NCBI GenBank assembly: GCA_049322915.1
Contig: JBMOPW010000014.1
Coordinates: 765,527-829,526, forward strand
Origin: Candidatus Zhuqueibacterota bacterium
GTDB lineage: Bacteria; Zhuqueibacterota; Zhuqueibacteria; Thermofontimicrobiales; Thermofontimicrobiaceae
DNA length: 64,000 bases
Direction of reading: 5' to 3'
The notes beneath the pieces are model-generated. The model saw only the letters and a list, made by a program, of their open reading frames with translations, was not told the origin of the DNA and searched no databases. Shown here piece after piece: positions 40,201 to 50,200 of this stretch (its first letter is position 1; every line of letters begins with the position of its first letter). Both the position numbers and the translations under genes were made by a program.

Positions 40201-43200
40201 TCCTGCCGACGGATTGAATTGAATCGTGAATGATGTGGAGTCGCTAGGATCAATGTGATTTTCCGGGTTTAAAGTTACAGTAAAATCATCTCGATGATCT
40301 CCACCAATACGAATTATTTTTGGTGTCAACTGGTTTGATGTCGAATGATTCATTGTCAGCTCGGATTTAGCCGGTGTCACAAAGTATAACCGTTCATTAC
40401 CTGTATTGAAAATCTTGTATGTCCGGTTGATGGTTCCGCCATCCACGGCAGCAGAGCCGAAGCTGGTGGAGTCATCTGCCGAAGGAGTTGTATCGCCGTC
40501 AGCAATGGACAGGTAATTGCCGCGCACATCGATTTCAGGGGTGGTGCCAAGACCCTGAATATCGAACGAGAAGGGATTTTCATCGGAGTCGTTGTTCGTC
40601 ATATTCACTGTGGCGCTGCGTGTCCCTATTGCTGATGGATCGAACTCGACGACAAATGTTGTGGAATCCCCGGCTGCCACTGAAGAGGCCGGCTGGGTTG
40701 TCACCGTAAAATCGTCGGAATGATCGCCGCTGATAGTGACAAAATCAGAGGGTGTTTCTATGGACGACGTCGCCGCGTTTTTCTCCCCTTGAGGACCGAG
40801 ATACAACGTACCAGCCCCTGTGTTGTGAATGGTGTATGTCCGTTGCTGCGTACCGTAACTGACGTTCACACTGTCGAAGTCGGTGTGATCAGTCAGTGAG
40901 GGACTGTCGTCGCCATTTACTATGGAAACGTAATTTCCCTGCACATCGATTTCCGGGGGAGCCACAGGATCAGTTCCATATTTGTATTCATAAGCGCCCA
41001 TGTCAATGGTGCCTGCATTGCTGGTTGTTTTTTCCAGTTTGCGGCTAAATCCGGCTCCGCGAATGTCGGTGGTCTCGGAGTTGTAGACATCGTTCCCGGC
41101 ATCGGCGCAGGGCGAAATATTGTAGATTCTGTAGTCCCCACCAGCCGCGTCCACAATTAGAGGATTGCTGGTGATGTTGTTGTTGGTCGTCGTGAAAGTA
41201 TAAGCGAAATTCTCAACATCTCCGGAAGCGTTTCCATAGCATGAATAATTCAACGTGACGACTGGATGAGCGCCATTATTATGCAGACAAAACTGAGATC
41301 CCCTTGTTCCTGTATTCCCGTAAATGATGCAATTGTTGTAGGTTCCAGATGCGCCCAACATGTGAACAACACCACCCCCGCTGCCTTTTGTAGTATTATT
41401 TGTGATGGTCACATTGGTCAGGGTGGTATTAGTTTGTAGGGAAGTGTTGTAAATGCCGCCACCGCTTGAAAAAGAGTAATTACAAGCAATCAAGACATTG
41501 GTCAAAAAAGGTGCTGCATTTAAAAAATGAATTCCTCCACCATTATAAATTGATTTATTCCATAAAACGTTTGAGTTGGTGATGACAGGCGAGGATGACT
41601 GGTTAAACATCCCTCCACCAGAAAAGGAAGCGTAGTTGTAAATTATATTCACAGAATTTAGTAATGGGGAATTCGAATCGTTATACATACCCGCCCCTGC
41701 TTCGTGCGGGGAAGCTCCATCACTATTTCCTCCTTTCAACGTGAAACCGTCAAGCACTGCGGTGGTATCAAGCCCCAAACTATCCGGATGATAGAAAACA
41801 TGATAACAGTTCTCGGAATTATTGGAAAAGGAAAGCGTGTCACCCGCATCGGTCACCACATCGTCTTGGTTGAAATCGCCGCTGAGAATGGTTTCGTTGG
41901 CTTCGCCCATGCCATAATTGTCCCGCTCGCTGACGACAGATTCTGTGCCTGCAAAACCGCCGTAAATAGCAACACCGTTTTTCATGCGAAAATGGTAGTA
42001 GCGTGACGTGTTCGTCAAATCGTACGCTGACGTGGGAAAATAGGTGCCAGCCTTCACCCAAATTTGGTCGCCGCTTGTGGCCAAATCCAGCGCCGCTTGC
42101 AGTGTTTTCTTGGCGGTTTCCCATGATGTGCCTGCGCCGGTGTCGTCGGCTTTGGTTGAATCGACGTAGAAGGTGACAGTACCACCTGTTGAGTAAGATT
42201 TTACATATATTTGAGTTTTATCGGAAGCATTTTTCTCAAACCAGGAGACGATTGGGTTGTCCGACGCGTCTATAGCCACGGCAGGTGCTTGTGCGTCTTT
42301 GCCGGCATCCACGTTCAGCGATTCGCCCATCAAATTCCAACTGCTTGTGCCGCTGTTCCAGCGCTTGACGTATATCTGATATATCTCGGAAGCATTATAC
42401 TCAAACCAGGAGACGATTGGGTTGCCCGACGCGTCTATAGCCACGGCAGGGAATTGTGCGGTTTTGCCGGCATTCAGGTTCAGCGATCCACCCATCAGAT
42501 CCCAACTGCTTGTGCCGCTGTTCCAGCGCTTGACGTATACCTGATATACCGAGGAAGCATTTTTCTCATACCATGAGACGATTGGGTTGCCCGACGCGTC
42601 CATGGCGATCGATGGCGATAATGCGCCTTGGTCAGAATCCACGTTCAGCGATTCGCCTATCAGATCCCAACTGCTTGTGCCGCTGTTCCAGCGCTTGACG
42701 TATACCTGATTTTTGTAGGAAGCATTATACTCACACCAGGAGACGATTGGGTTGCCCGATGCGTCCGTGGCGATCGATGGCTTATTTGCGTTTTTGCCAG
42801 AATCCACGTTCAGCGATCCACCCATCAAATCCCAACTGCTTGTGCCGCTGTTCCAGCGCTTGACGTATACCTGTAGTAGCGAGGAAGCATTATACTCATA
42901 CCAGGAGACGATTGGGTTGCCCAATGAGTCTGTGGCGATCGATGGCTTACTTGCGTTTTTGCCAGAATCCACGTTCAGCGATCCACCCATCAAATCCCAA
43001 CTGCTTGTGCCGCTGTTCCAGCGCTTGACGTATACCTGTAGTAGCGAGGAAGCATTAAACTCATACCAGGAGACGATTGGGTTGCCCGATGCGTCCATGG
43101 CAATCGATGGCGAATTCGCGGTTTTGCCAGAATTCACGTTCAGCGATCCACCCATCAAATCCCAACTGCTTGTGCCGCTGTTCCAGCGCTTGACGTATAC

Positions 43201-43422
43201 CTGATTTTTCCCTGAAGCATTATTCTCATACCAGGCAACGACCGGGTTGCCCGGCGCGTCCATGGCGATCGATGGCGAAGATGCGCTTTGGCCAGAATCC
43301 ACGTTCAGCGATCCACCCATCAAATTCCAACTGCTTGTGCTGCCGCCGCTGTAGCCACCAGCAAGCAAAACACCTGCGAGCCCCAGAATTAAAATCAATG
43401 TGTTGATTGTTAGTTTTCGCAT
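37210..43422 (-). CDS. Secreted 2070-aa protein: 7-repeat beta-propeller + beta-helix + 2 choice-of-anchor D Ig domains + FN3 + cohesin/dockerin-like cassette + T9SS-type CTD
   Basis: Signal peptide, seven 55-aa repeats, SWETAKKTLQAAL...GGFAGTE, IDMGAYE, PEIDV.GN domains, shared cassette, QNYPNPFNP. Confidence 0.85.
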   Translation of the reverse strand: MRKLTINTLILILGLAGVLLAGGYSGGSTSSWNLMGGSLNVDSGQSASSPSIAMDAPGNPVVAWYENNASGKNQVYVKRWNSGTSSWDLMGGSLNVNSGKTANSPSIAMDASGNPIVSWYEFNASSLLQVYVKRWNSGTSSWDLMGGSLNVDSGKNASKPSIATDSLGNPIVSWYEYNASSLLQVYVKRWNSGTSSWDLMGGSLNVDSGKNANKPSIATDASGNPIVSWCEYNASYKNQVYVKRWNSGTSSWDLIGESLNVDSDQGALSPSIAMDASGNPIVSWYEKNASSVYQVYVKRWNSGTSSWDLMGGSLNLNAGKTAQFPAVAIDASGNPIVSWFEYNASEIYQIYVKRWNSGTSSWNLMGESLNVDAGKDAQAPAVAIDASDNPIVSWFEKNASDKTQIYVKSYSTGGTVTFYVDSTKADDTGAGTSWETAKKTLQAALDLATSGDQIWVKAGTYFPTSAYDLTNTSRYYHFRMKNGVAIYGGFAGTESVVSERDNYGMGEANETILSGDFNQDDVVTDAGDTLSFSNNSENCYHVFYHPDSLGLDTTAVLDGFTLKGGNSDGASPHEAGAGMYNDSNSPLLNSVNIIYNYASFSGGGMFNQSSSPVITNSNVLWNKSIYNGGGIHFLNAAPFLTNVLIACNYSFSSGGGIYNTSLQTNTTLTNVTITNNTTKGSGGGVVHMLGASGTYNNCIIYGNTGTRGSQFCLHNNGAHPVVTLNYSCYGNASGDVENFAYTFTTTNNNITSNPLIVDAAGGDYRIYNISPCADAGNDVYNSETTDIRGAGFSRKLEKTTSNAGTIDMGAYEYKYGTDPVAPPEIDVQGNYVSIVNGDDSPSLTDHTDFDSVNVSYGTQQRTYTIHNTGAGTLYLGPQGEKNAATSSIETPSDFVTISGDHSDDFTVTTQPASSVAAGDSTTFVVEFDPSAIGTRSATVNMTNNDSDENPFSFDIQGLGTTPEIDVRGNYLSIADGDTTPSADDSTSFGSAAVDGGTINRTYKIFNTGNERLYFVTPAKSELTMNHSTSNQLTPKIIRIGGDHRDDFTVTLNPENHIDPSDSTSFTIQFNPSAGGTRSATVEFPNNDIDEDPYSYAIEGVGITPPTVTTATFDSITVISAVGGGNVTADGGDSVTVRGVCWGLAENPTVDSSHTSDGQGTGEFSSSITGLAHGTTYHVRAYATNSAGTGYGADSTFTTEQIIVSITPADTLLKGGQQVTYTVSIANVLPAMRGYTMHVGYNGEHFSEATITEGSYLSSVGTTQWDAAGSDGSYDIDCAILGATDGQTGDGTLFTVQLTTASSVTDSLVNPESANLTISSITMRDVVNDPIVCDQSNGSTIVIDTAPPTLETIAEDDSVWYRSGPTLSNFGFDDNYALEAVGYKINDGEWDVVTDDITGTEYNNDGISLPTYSSLVERTTVHTIYFYAVDDAMNTAGYDDDSWHFSFYKDETAPDGELAITFTEVGVRSMNVVSAAFEDATQGEVYYQFDCTSQDYYDRARTLADSVHECYEMNANTEYKFKYQVSDGVADPNETPAYNATAWSTEYSKYTLSVAPTTSTVTCDKSGTISTTTLTFYAVGGFGAGKVEYYRYALSDSATHTWTDSETKWSTGNLMLGIPTANTNYYLHVKGFNAEDVANGTLALGPYQWDGTPISPVTELSFEATGEDNNSSDMSWTNPEHDAHYIEVWVKGFGGYPQYTGSKPEFPTTPTEASEGGWTQLMDTLATAYTYTPSNRDFYYCAVFVEDLAEHYSAAAIDSSLSYWLGDVNATPDGLVNSADIAILASAYRTESGDNDYNAVCDVGPTTNYGRTSRPVPDQSISFEDLMVFAMNYENTGSHKLKKSGETNEANPIALKMHIQKVGTQFVAQIQLENNNAFVKAMEIPVAFGADLAISSVRKGALVTSSDFFDSSQEGQTVYISAASLDNIGGFDGDGVVAEIVFKVSGTNTAIQFADATARTKTNDAIEVSYDYTDVALLSEGLIPTEYKLHQNYPNPFNPSTTILYDLKADGQVTMTLYNINGQRIATLLDEVKNAGYHSFVFDAGNLPSGMYIYQIEVNDFRDVRKLVLMK
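42195..43340 (-). repeat. Seven tandem 165-bp coding repeats
   Basis: TGTGCCGCTGTTCCAGCGCTTGACGTATA recurs with a 165-bp period (for example 42511, 42841, 43171). Confidence 0.95.
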
Positions 43423-43588
43423 GGTAACTCCTTAAAGATGTGGTTAGAGTTGCTGGTTAGGCTATGACCGTTCAGTTAAGAGCAGATGTTTTTTTTACCC
43501 TGTCCTGAGCAGAGAAGAATTTGCTCAGCCTTTATAGTTTCAATTTTTATTAATTCCTTTTTGAAAGGCACTCAGAAATTTTCCTGAA

Positions 43589-43616
43589 ATATCGACAGGT
43601 CTTTTGAAAGAATGAG
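43589..43616 (-). promoter_or_regulatory. Conserved bipartite motif CTCATT-N14-GTCGATAT
   Basis: Second copy, about 167 bp upstream of the ATG at 43422. Confidence 0.6.
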
Positions 43617-43751
43617 GGTTTTATTGAATTATGACAATAATTTGATTGATGTTACAGGGGAGAGAAGAGAGAATAGAAAATGGGAAATAGGAATTGGGGA
43701 ATAGGAATTAGAGTTTGTAGTAACGGCTTCAGCCGTTCAACCGGATCGAAA

Positions 43752-44206
43752 AGATGGTCTCCATCTTCGAGATGGAGACCATCTAAATTTCCGGCGCGGA
43801 TAATTCGTGGAAACGTATGTTTCCGAATAATGAAACCGTTCGGGATGAATATCCCGAACGATCGTTTTGTGTAATATTGTAAACCGTTCCGTTCCCACGC
43901 AGACCATGGGAACGAGTTATCATTTCCATGGAGTGCAGTCCCTTTATGGACTGCGCGCGACGCATAAAGGCGTCGCACTCCATGGTCGAATGCGCGGATA
44001 ATTCGTGGAAACGTATGTTTCCGAATAATGAAACCGCTCGGGATGAATATCCCGAGCGATCTATTCCAATTATGTAGGGGACGAATATATTCGTCCCCTG
44101 CGTGTTAAAATTTCGATCGCGCCGGATATTCATCCGGCGCGGGCAATGGATCGGAACGTACGTTCCGGATCAGGGGAACCGTTCGGGATAAACATCCCGA
44201 ACGATC
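43752..44206. repeat. Mosaic of REP-like palindromes including three three-hairpin units
   Basis: Units at about 43791-43863, 43991-44061 and 44115-44206. Also AGATGGTCTCCATCTTCGAGATGGAGACCATCT, CGTTCCCACGCAGACCATGGGAACG, GGAGTGC...GCACTCC and GTAGGGGACGAATATATTCGTCCCCT. Confidence 0.85.
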
Positions 44207-44218
44207 GATTCCCCGGAC

Positions 44219-44255
44219 AAAAAAAAATCGCCCGGGATACATGATCCCAGGCGAT
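44219..44255 (-). terminator. Intrinsic terminator shared among paralogs
   Basis: ATCGCCCGGGAT...ATCCCAGGCGAT stem with U-tract. Confidence 0.75.
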
Positions 44256-44281
44256 CAAATGGTTTACGTTTTAGGGTTAGG

Positions 44282-47200
44282 TTATTTCATCAGCACCAGC
44301 TTGCGCACATCGCGGAAGTCATTGACCTGAATCCGGTACAGATAGACGCCGGACGGCAAATTACCGGCTTCGAACACGAAGCTGTGATAGCCGGCGTTTT
44401 TGACTTCATCGAGCAGCGTGGCAATGCGCTGACCGTTGATGTTGTACAATGTTATCGTCACCTGTCCGTCCGCCTTCAAATCGTACAGAATGGTTGTGGA
44501 AGGATTGAACGGATTGGGATAGTTCTGATGCAGCTTGTATTCCGTGGGAATCAATCCTTCGGAAAGCAGCGCCACATCGGTGTAGGCGTAGGTCAACTCC
44601 AGGTTAGCATTGCCCTGGGAGCGCGCCACAGCCTCGCCAAACTGAATGGAGCTGTTGCTGCCATTTACGGTGAAAACAATTTCCGCAACCACGCCATTGT
44701 CTTTGAAAATACCTTCATGCTCCAGCGCGGCCGCACTGATGTACAGACAATTGCCTTCCTGGCCGGCGTCGAAGAAATCACCGGAGGTAACCAGGCTGCC
44801 TCGTCGGACCTGCGAGAAGGACAGATCAGCGCCGAAAGTGATGGGGATGTACAATCCCTTGACAACGCCGGCGTTTTCATTCAACTGCACTTGCGCTACA
44901 AACTGAGCGCCAACCCGTTGAATGTTCAGCAACAGCGCAATGGGGCTGCTGGTCACTTTGGCCTTTGATTTATCCGTCTTATCCTTGCTGGTGTTTTCAT
45001 AGTTCATGGCAAAGATCATCAGATCTTCGAAATTGATATCATCGTCTGGAAGCGGACGACTGATTCGACCAAAGTCCAGGGTTGGCCCGACATCGCAGTG
45101 GCCATTCCAGTCGGCGTCGATGGAACTGGTATGATAGGCGCTGGAGAGGATGGCAATATCGGACGCTGTCACTGAGCCATCCGGGGATGCGTTCACATCG
45201 CCCAGCCAGTAGGACAGGGAGGAATCGATGGCCGCGGCGCTGTAATGCTTGGCCATATCTTCGACGAACAATGCGTAATAATAGAAATCGCGATTGGCTG
45301 GTGCATATTTTTTGCTGGTGGCCAGCGAATCCAATATTTTTGTCCAGCCATCACCAGACGCTTCGTCCGGCGTTGTTGGGAACGTCGGCACTGCACCGGT
45401 GTATTCCGGATAGCCGCCGAATCCCTTGAACCAGACTTCAATTTTATAGGCGTCGTTTTGGGGATTGGTCCAACTGCATTGCAACGAGTTGCCGGACGTA
45501 CTGAGTTCCAGTTTGGTCACCGGCGAAATGGGCGTGCCATCCCACTGATACGGCCCAATCGTCAATGTACCGTTGGCGACGTCTTCGGCGTTGTAACCTT
45601 GCACATGGAGATAATAATTCTTATTGGCCGTGGGAATACCCATTTTCAAATCGCCGGATGCCCACTCGGACTCCGTGCCTTTGAAGGTATGGGCAATGCT
45701 GTCGTCCAGCGCATAGAGATAATACTGGACAGTGCCAGCGCCAAATCCACCCACTGCGGTGAACGTGAGGGTGGTGGTGCTGATGGTCCCGTGCTTGTCG
45801 CAGGTTACTGTTGATGTTGTTGGAGCCACGGACAGCGTGTATTTGGAATATTCGTTGCTCCACGACGTGGCATTGTAGGCCGGGGTAGCGCCGGGATCAT
45901 TGACGCCGTCGGACCCCTGGTACTTGAATTTGTATTGGGTATTGGCTGCCATTGTAGCGCATTCGTGAATGGAATCGGCCAATGTTCGGGCGCGGTCGTA
46001 CGTGTCATTCGTAGTACAATCGAACTGGTAATACTCCTCGCCCTGGGTGGTGTCAGCCAACGCAGCGCCGACCACCTTCATGGAATAAGCGGCCACATCT
46101 TTGAACGAAATGCTGAGGTCGCCCAGTGGGGCTGTTTCATCTTTGTAGAAACAGAAATCCCAGGTTTTATCGTAGCCGCCCAGATTGCCGGCATCGTCGC
46201 AGGCGCGCAAATAGAACCAGTGCAAGGCTTTACGTTCGGCCAGTTCGGCGTAGCCAGGCAACGGCGCATTGCTAGCAGAGGCAGTTTTACCCTTGATTCC
46301 ACCCATAATGGTCGTCCAGGCGTCATCATTCAATTTGTAGCTGAGCGAATCCAGTTCATAATTATCCGCGACGCGAAAAACCTGAAGTACGGGCTGACTG
46401 CGATACCACACGCTGTCAGCTTCGGCCAGGGAATCCATAGTCGGCGGCGCCGTATCGATGATGATTTTTGACCCGGCGCTGCTGTCGCACGGAATCGCGA
46501 TATTGTTCACATCGCGAAGCAGAACATGAGACAGCATCAGATTGTCACTCGATGGATTGACAAGACTATCGGTCACTGCATCCGCCGTTGTCAGCATCAT
46601 GGTGAACAACGTGCCGTCGCCGGTGACGCCGTCTGTGACGCCTAAAATAGCGCAATCAACGGTGTAACGGCCATTGGCCCCGGAGGCGTCCCATTGCGTG
46701 GTCTTACCGGTGCTGCTGAGGAACGTCCCTTCGGTAAACTGAGGCGAAGTAAAATGATCGTCATTGAAATCGACCTGAACGCTGAAGCCGCGCATCGCCG
46801 GCAGCACATTGGCAATGCTCACGGTGTAGGTCACTTGCTGACCGCCTCGGAGCAATGTGTCAGAAGGCGTTGTTGTAATCAGAATCTGTTTTGTGGTGAA
46901 CGTGGAATCAGCCCCATAACCTGTGCCGGCGCCGTTGGTGGCGTAGGCGCGAACATAATACGTGATCCCGTGGGCCAATCCTGTGATTGAACTGGAGAAT
47001 GAGCCCGTGCCGTCGCCGTTGCTGGTGTGGCTGCTATCCACTGTGGGATTTGCAGTCAAACCCCAGCACACGCCGCGGACTGTCACCGAATCGCCGCCAT
47101 CGGCAGTCACATTGCCGCCGCCAACTGCGGAAATCACGGTGATGGAATCGATGGCCGCTGTGACAACGGTGGGCACTGTGATGCCAACGCCTTCGATTTC

Positions 47201-50200
47201 GAAGTTGAAATCGCTTTCATCGCTATCATTGTTGCGAACATAAACGTAGGTGGAACGGGTGCCGCCGTCCGATGGATTGAACTGAATTGTGAATGAAAGG
47301 GAATCTCCCGGGTTTATATAGAAATTCTCCGGCTGGGCCGTGACTTCAAAATCATACCCTTGGGGTCCTTTGAGAAGAATGAGGGCCCTGCCGGATGGCG
47401 AATTCATTGTAAACCCTGCCAATTCCATGTTTGAATCTCGGTCACCCAAATAAAGCCGTTCGTTTCCAGTATTAAAAATCCTGAACGTTCGATTGATGGT
47501 TCCGCCATCCACGGCAGCAGAGCCGAAACTGGTGGAGTCTGTGGCCGAAGGTGTGGTGTCGCCGTTTGCAATGGAGATGTAATTTCCGCGAACATCGATC
47601 TCAGGAGTAACGCCCGTGCCCCGGATGGCGAAAGTATAGGGGCTGTTTGAGAAGTCGTCGCTATTGATGTCGATGGACGCAGAACGAATTCCCACTGCGG
47701 ATGGATTGAATGCCACCGTGAACGTCGTGGAGTCGCCAGCCGCCACAGAATCCGATGGCTGCGTTGTCACCGTGAAATCACTGGCATGATCGCCGCCAAT
47801 GTTCACGTTGTCTCTGTCGATGAAATTCACCCGGGAAACAGCGTCCGCATTCTTGACAATCGGATTGAAATGGAGCGTGGCCGTTCCGGTATTAAGGATT
47901 GTGAAAATGTGTGTGGAAGAATCGCTGACAACGCTCACACTGTCGAAATCGGTGAAATCAAGGAATGACGGCACTGTATCGCCGTTGGCGATGGTGGTAT
48001 AATTCCCGCGCACTTCGATTGTCGGCGTTACTCCTGCGCCCAGAATGGCAAAGGTGTAGGGACTCTCATCGCCGTCGTTGCTGTAAAGACTGACGGTTGC
48101 GCGACGCTCGCCGCTGTCCGATGGATTGAACGTCACGACAAACGAAGCGGAATCGCCAACAGCGATGGGGCTTGTCGGTTGCGTCTTCACAGTGAAATCA
48201 GCCGCATTGTCGCCGCTGATTGTGACAAGGTCGATTGGTCTGGAATTGCGAAGAGAATTATCCGTGTGAGTTATTATCTGGCCGAGCACCAGAGACGCTG
48301 TGCCGGTGTTGAAAATTTTGAAGGTGCGATCCATGGATCCCAAAAGCACGCCGACGCTGTCAAAATCGGTGTGATCGGCTTGGGATGGAGTTTCGTCGCC
48401 ATTTGCTATGGAAACGTAATTGCCCTGGATGTCGATTTCCGGGACAGCGCCAAAACCCTGGATGGAGAAGTTGTAGGGACTTTCGTCCGAATCATCGCTG
48501 TAAATGGAGATGGTGGCGCTGCGCACACCGTTTCCCGACGGATCGAATTTTACCGTGAACGTTGTGGAATCGCCCGGGCTGATTTCGAGAGATGGCGCCT
48601 GGGTCACAGTAAAATCTGCTGAGTTTGTACCGCCAATGACCACGGGATTTTCCAGTTCAATCGTCACCGGTTTTTCATTTCTGGCGTCAGATTGAGAGTT
48701 GCCCAGGTAAAGTGTTTTATTGCCGGTATTGTAGATGCTGTACGTCCGTTCGAGGTCGCCATTGCTTACAGCGACGCTGTCGAAATCTGTATGGTCGGTC
48801 AGGGACGGGCTGGCGTCGCCGTCTACAATAGAAACATAATTACCGTGCACATCGATTTCCGCGGCAAGGCCAATACCCTGGATTGCGAACGTATAGGGGC
48901 TTTCATCGCTGTCGTTGTTGGGTATCGACACAGTCGCTGACCTGGTCCCGTTTGAAGATGGGTCGAATTGAACCATGAATGAAGCGGAATCGCCTGGTTC
49001 AAGATAGGCGACAGAGGGCTGAGTGGTCACTTCAAAATCAACCGAATGATCTCCGCTTATTGTGACGATTTCGCTTGGTCCGGTTTGATTTAATCTTGAT
49101 CTGTACATATCCATTTCAGCCTTATCCGGCTGCGATAAAAAAAGTATATCATTTCCAGTGTTAAAAATTTTGAAGGTGCTATTGATTGTTCCCCCATCGA
49201 CATTGGCGGATCCGAAACTGGTGGAATCATCCGCAGAGGAGATAGTGTCACCGTCCGCAATGGAAAGGTAATTTCCGCGGACGTCGATTTCCGGGACAGC
49301 TACAGGATCTGTGCCAAATTTGTATTCATAAGCGCCCATATCGATGGTGCCTGCACTGCCGTTCGTTTTATTCAGCTTGCGATCAAATCCGGCGCCGCGA
49401 ATGTCGGTGGTCTCGGAGTTATACGCATCGTACCCGGCATCGGCGCAGGGAGAAACGTTGTAGATTCTATAATCTCCACCAGCCGCGTCCACAATTAGAG
49501 GATTGCTGGTAATATTATTGTTCGTCGCTGTGAAGGTTGTGCCTATATTAAAAACATCACGGGTTGCGTTTCCATAGCAGGAATAATTCAACGTAACAGT
49601 CCCGGCAGGAGCCATTCCGTTTTCCAGGTAGAACTCGTTTCCTGCTATCCCAGTATTACCGTAAATAATGCAGTTAAAGTATGTGCCTGATGAGCCGAAC
49701 CAGTTTCTAACGCCTCCCCCGCCTCCATTGGCGGCGTTATTTGTAATTGTCACATTTATAAAAATCGGCGAAACTTCGGTGTGGTTGTAAATGCCGCCGC
49801 CGCCTGAATTAGAATAATTGCCGGCAATCAAGACGTTGGTAAAAACAGGATCCGCATTGTTTTGATTGATTATTCCGCCGCCATAGGATTCTGCGTAATT
49901 GTTCAGAACCATGGTATTAGTAAGGGAAGGATTACTGGACAGGTTGTACATTCCTCCGGCCTGGCTATATGATTTATTCCACGAAATGTTTGAATTGGTA
50001 ATAACAGGAGAGGATGTGTCGTTAAACATTCCTGCGGCAGTATAGTAAGCATAGTTATAAATAATGTTCACAGAATTAAGTGAGGGGGAATTTAATTGAT
50101 TATACATACCCGCTCCCGTTATGTGCAATAAACCGGGATCTGAGGCATTTCCGCCCCTAACGGTGAATCCGTCAAGAACCGCGGTTGTGTCGAGCCCCAA

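Noticed and set aside
42195..43340. Diversity-generating retroelement target (several variable codons fit an AAC/AAA/TAT template)
   Set aside because: No reverse transcriptase or non-coding template repeat is present in the window, many adenines are invariant, and non-A changes occur (TCG/GGG/TAC/GAG/GAT). Reconsider only if a matching template repeat and RT are found elsewhere.
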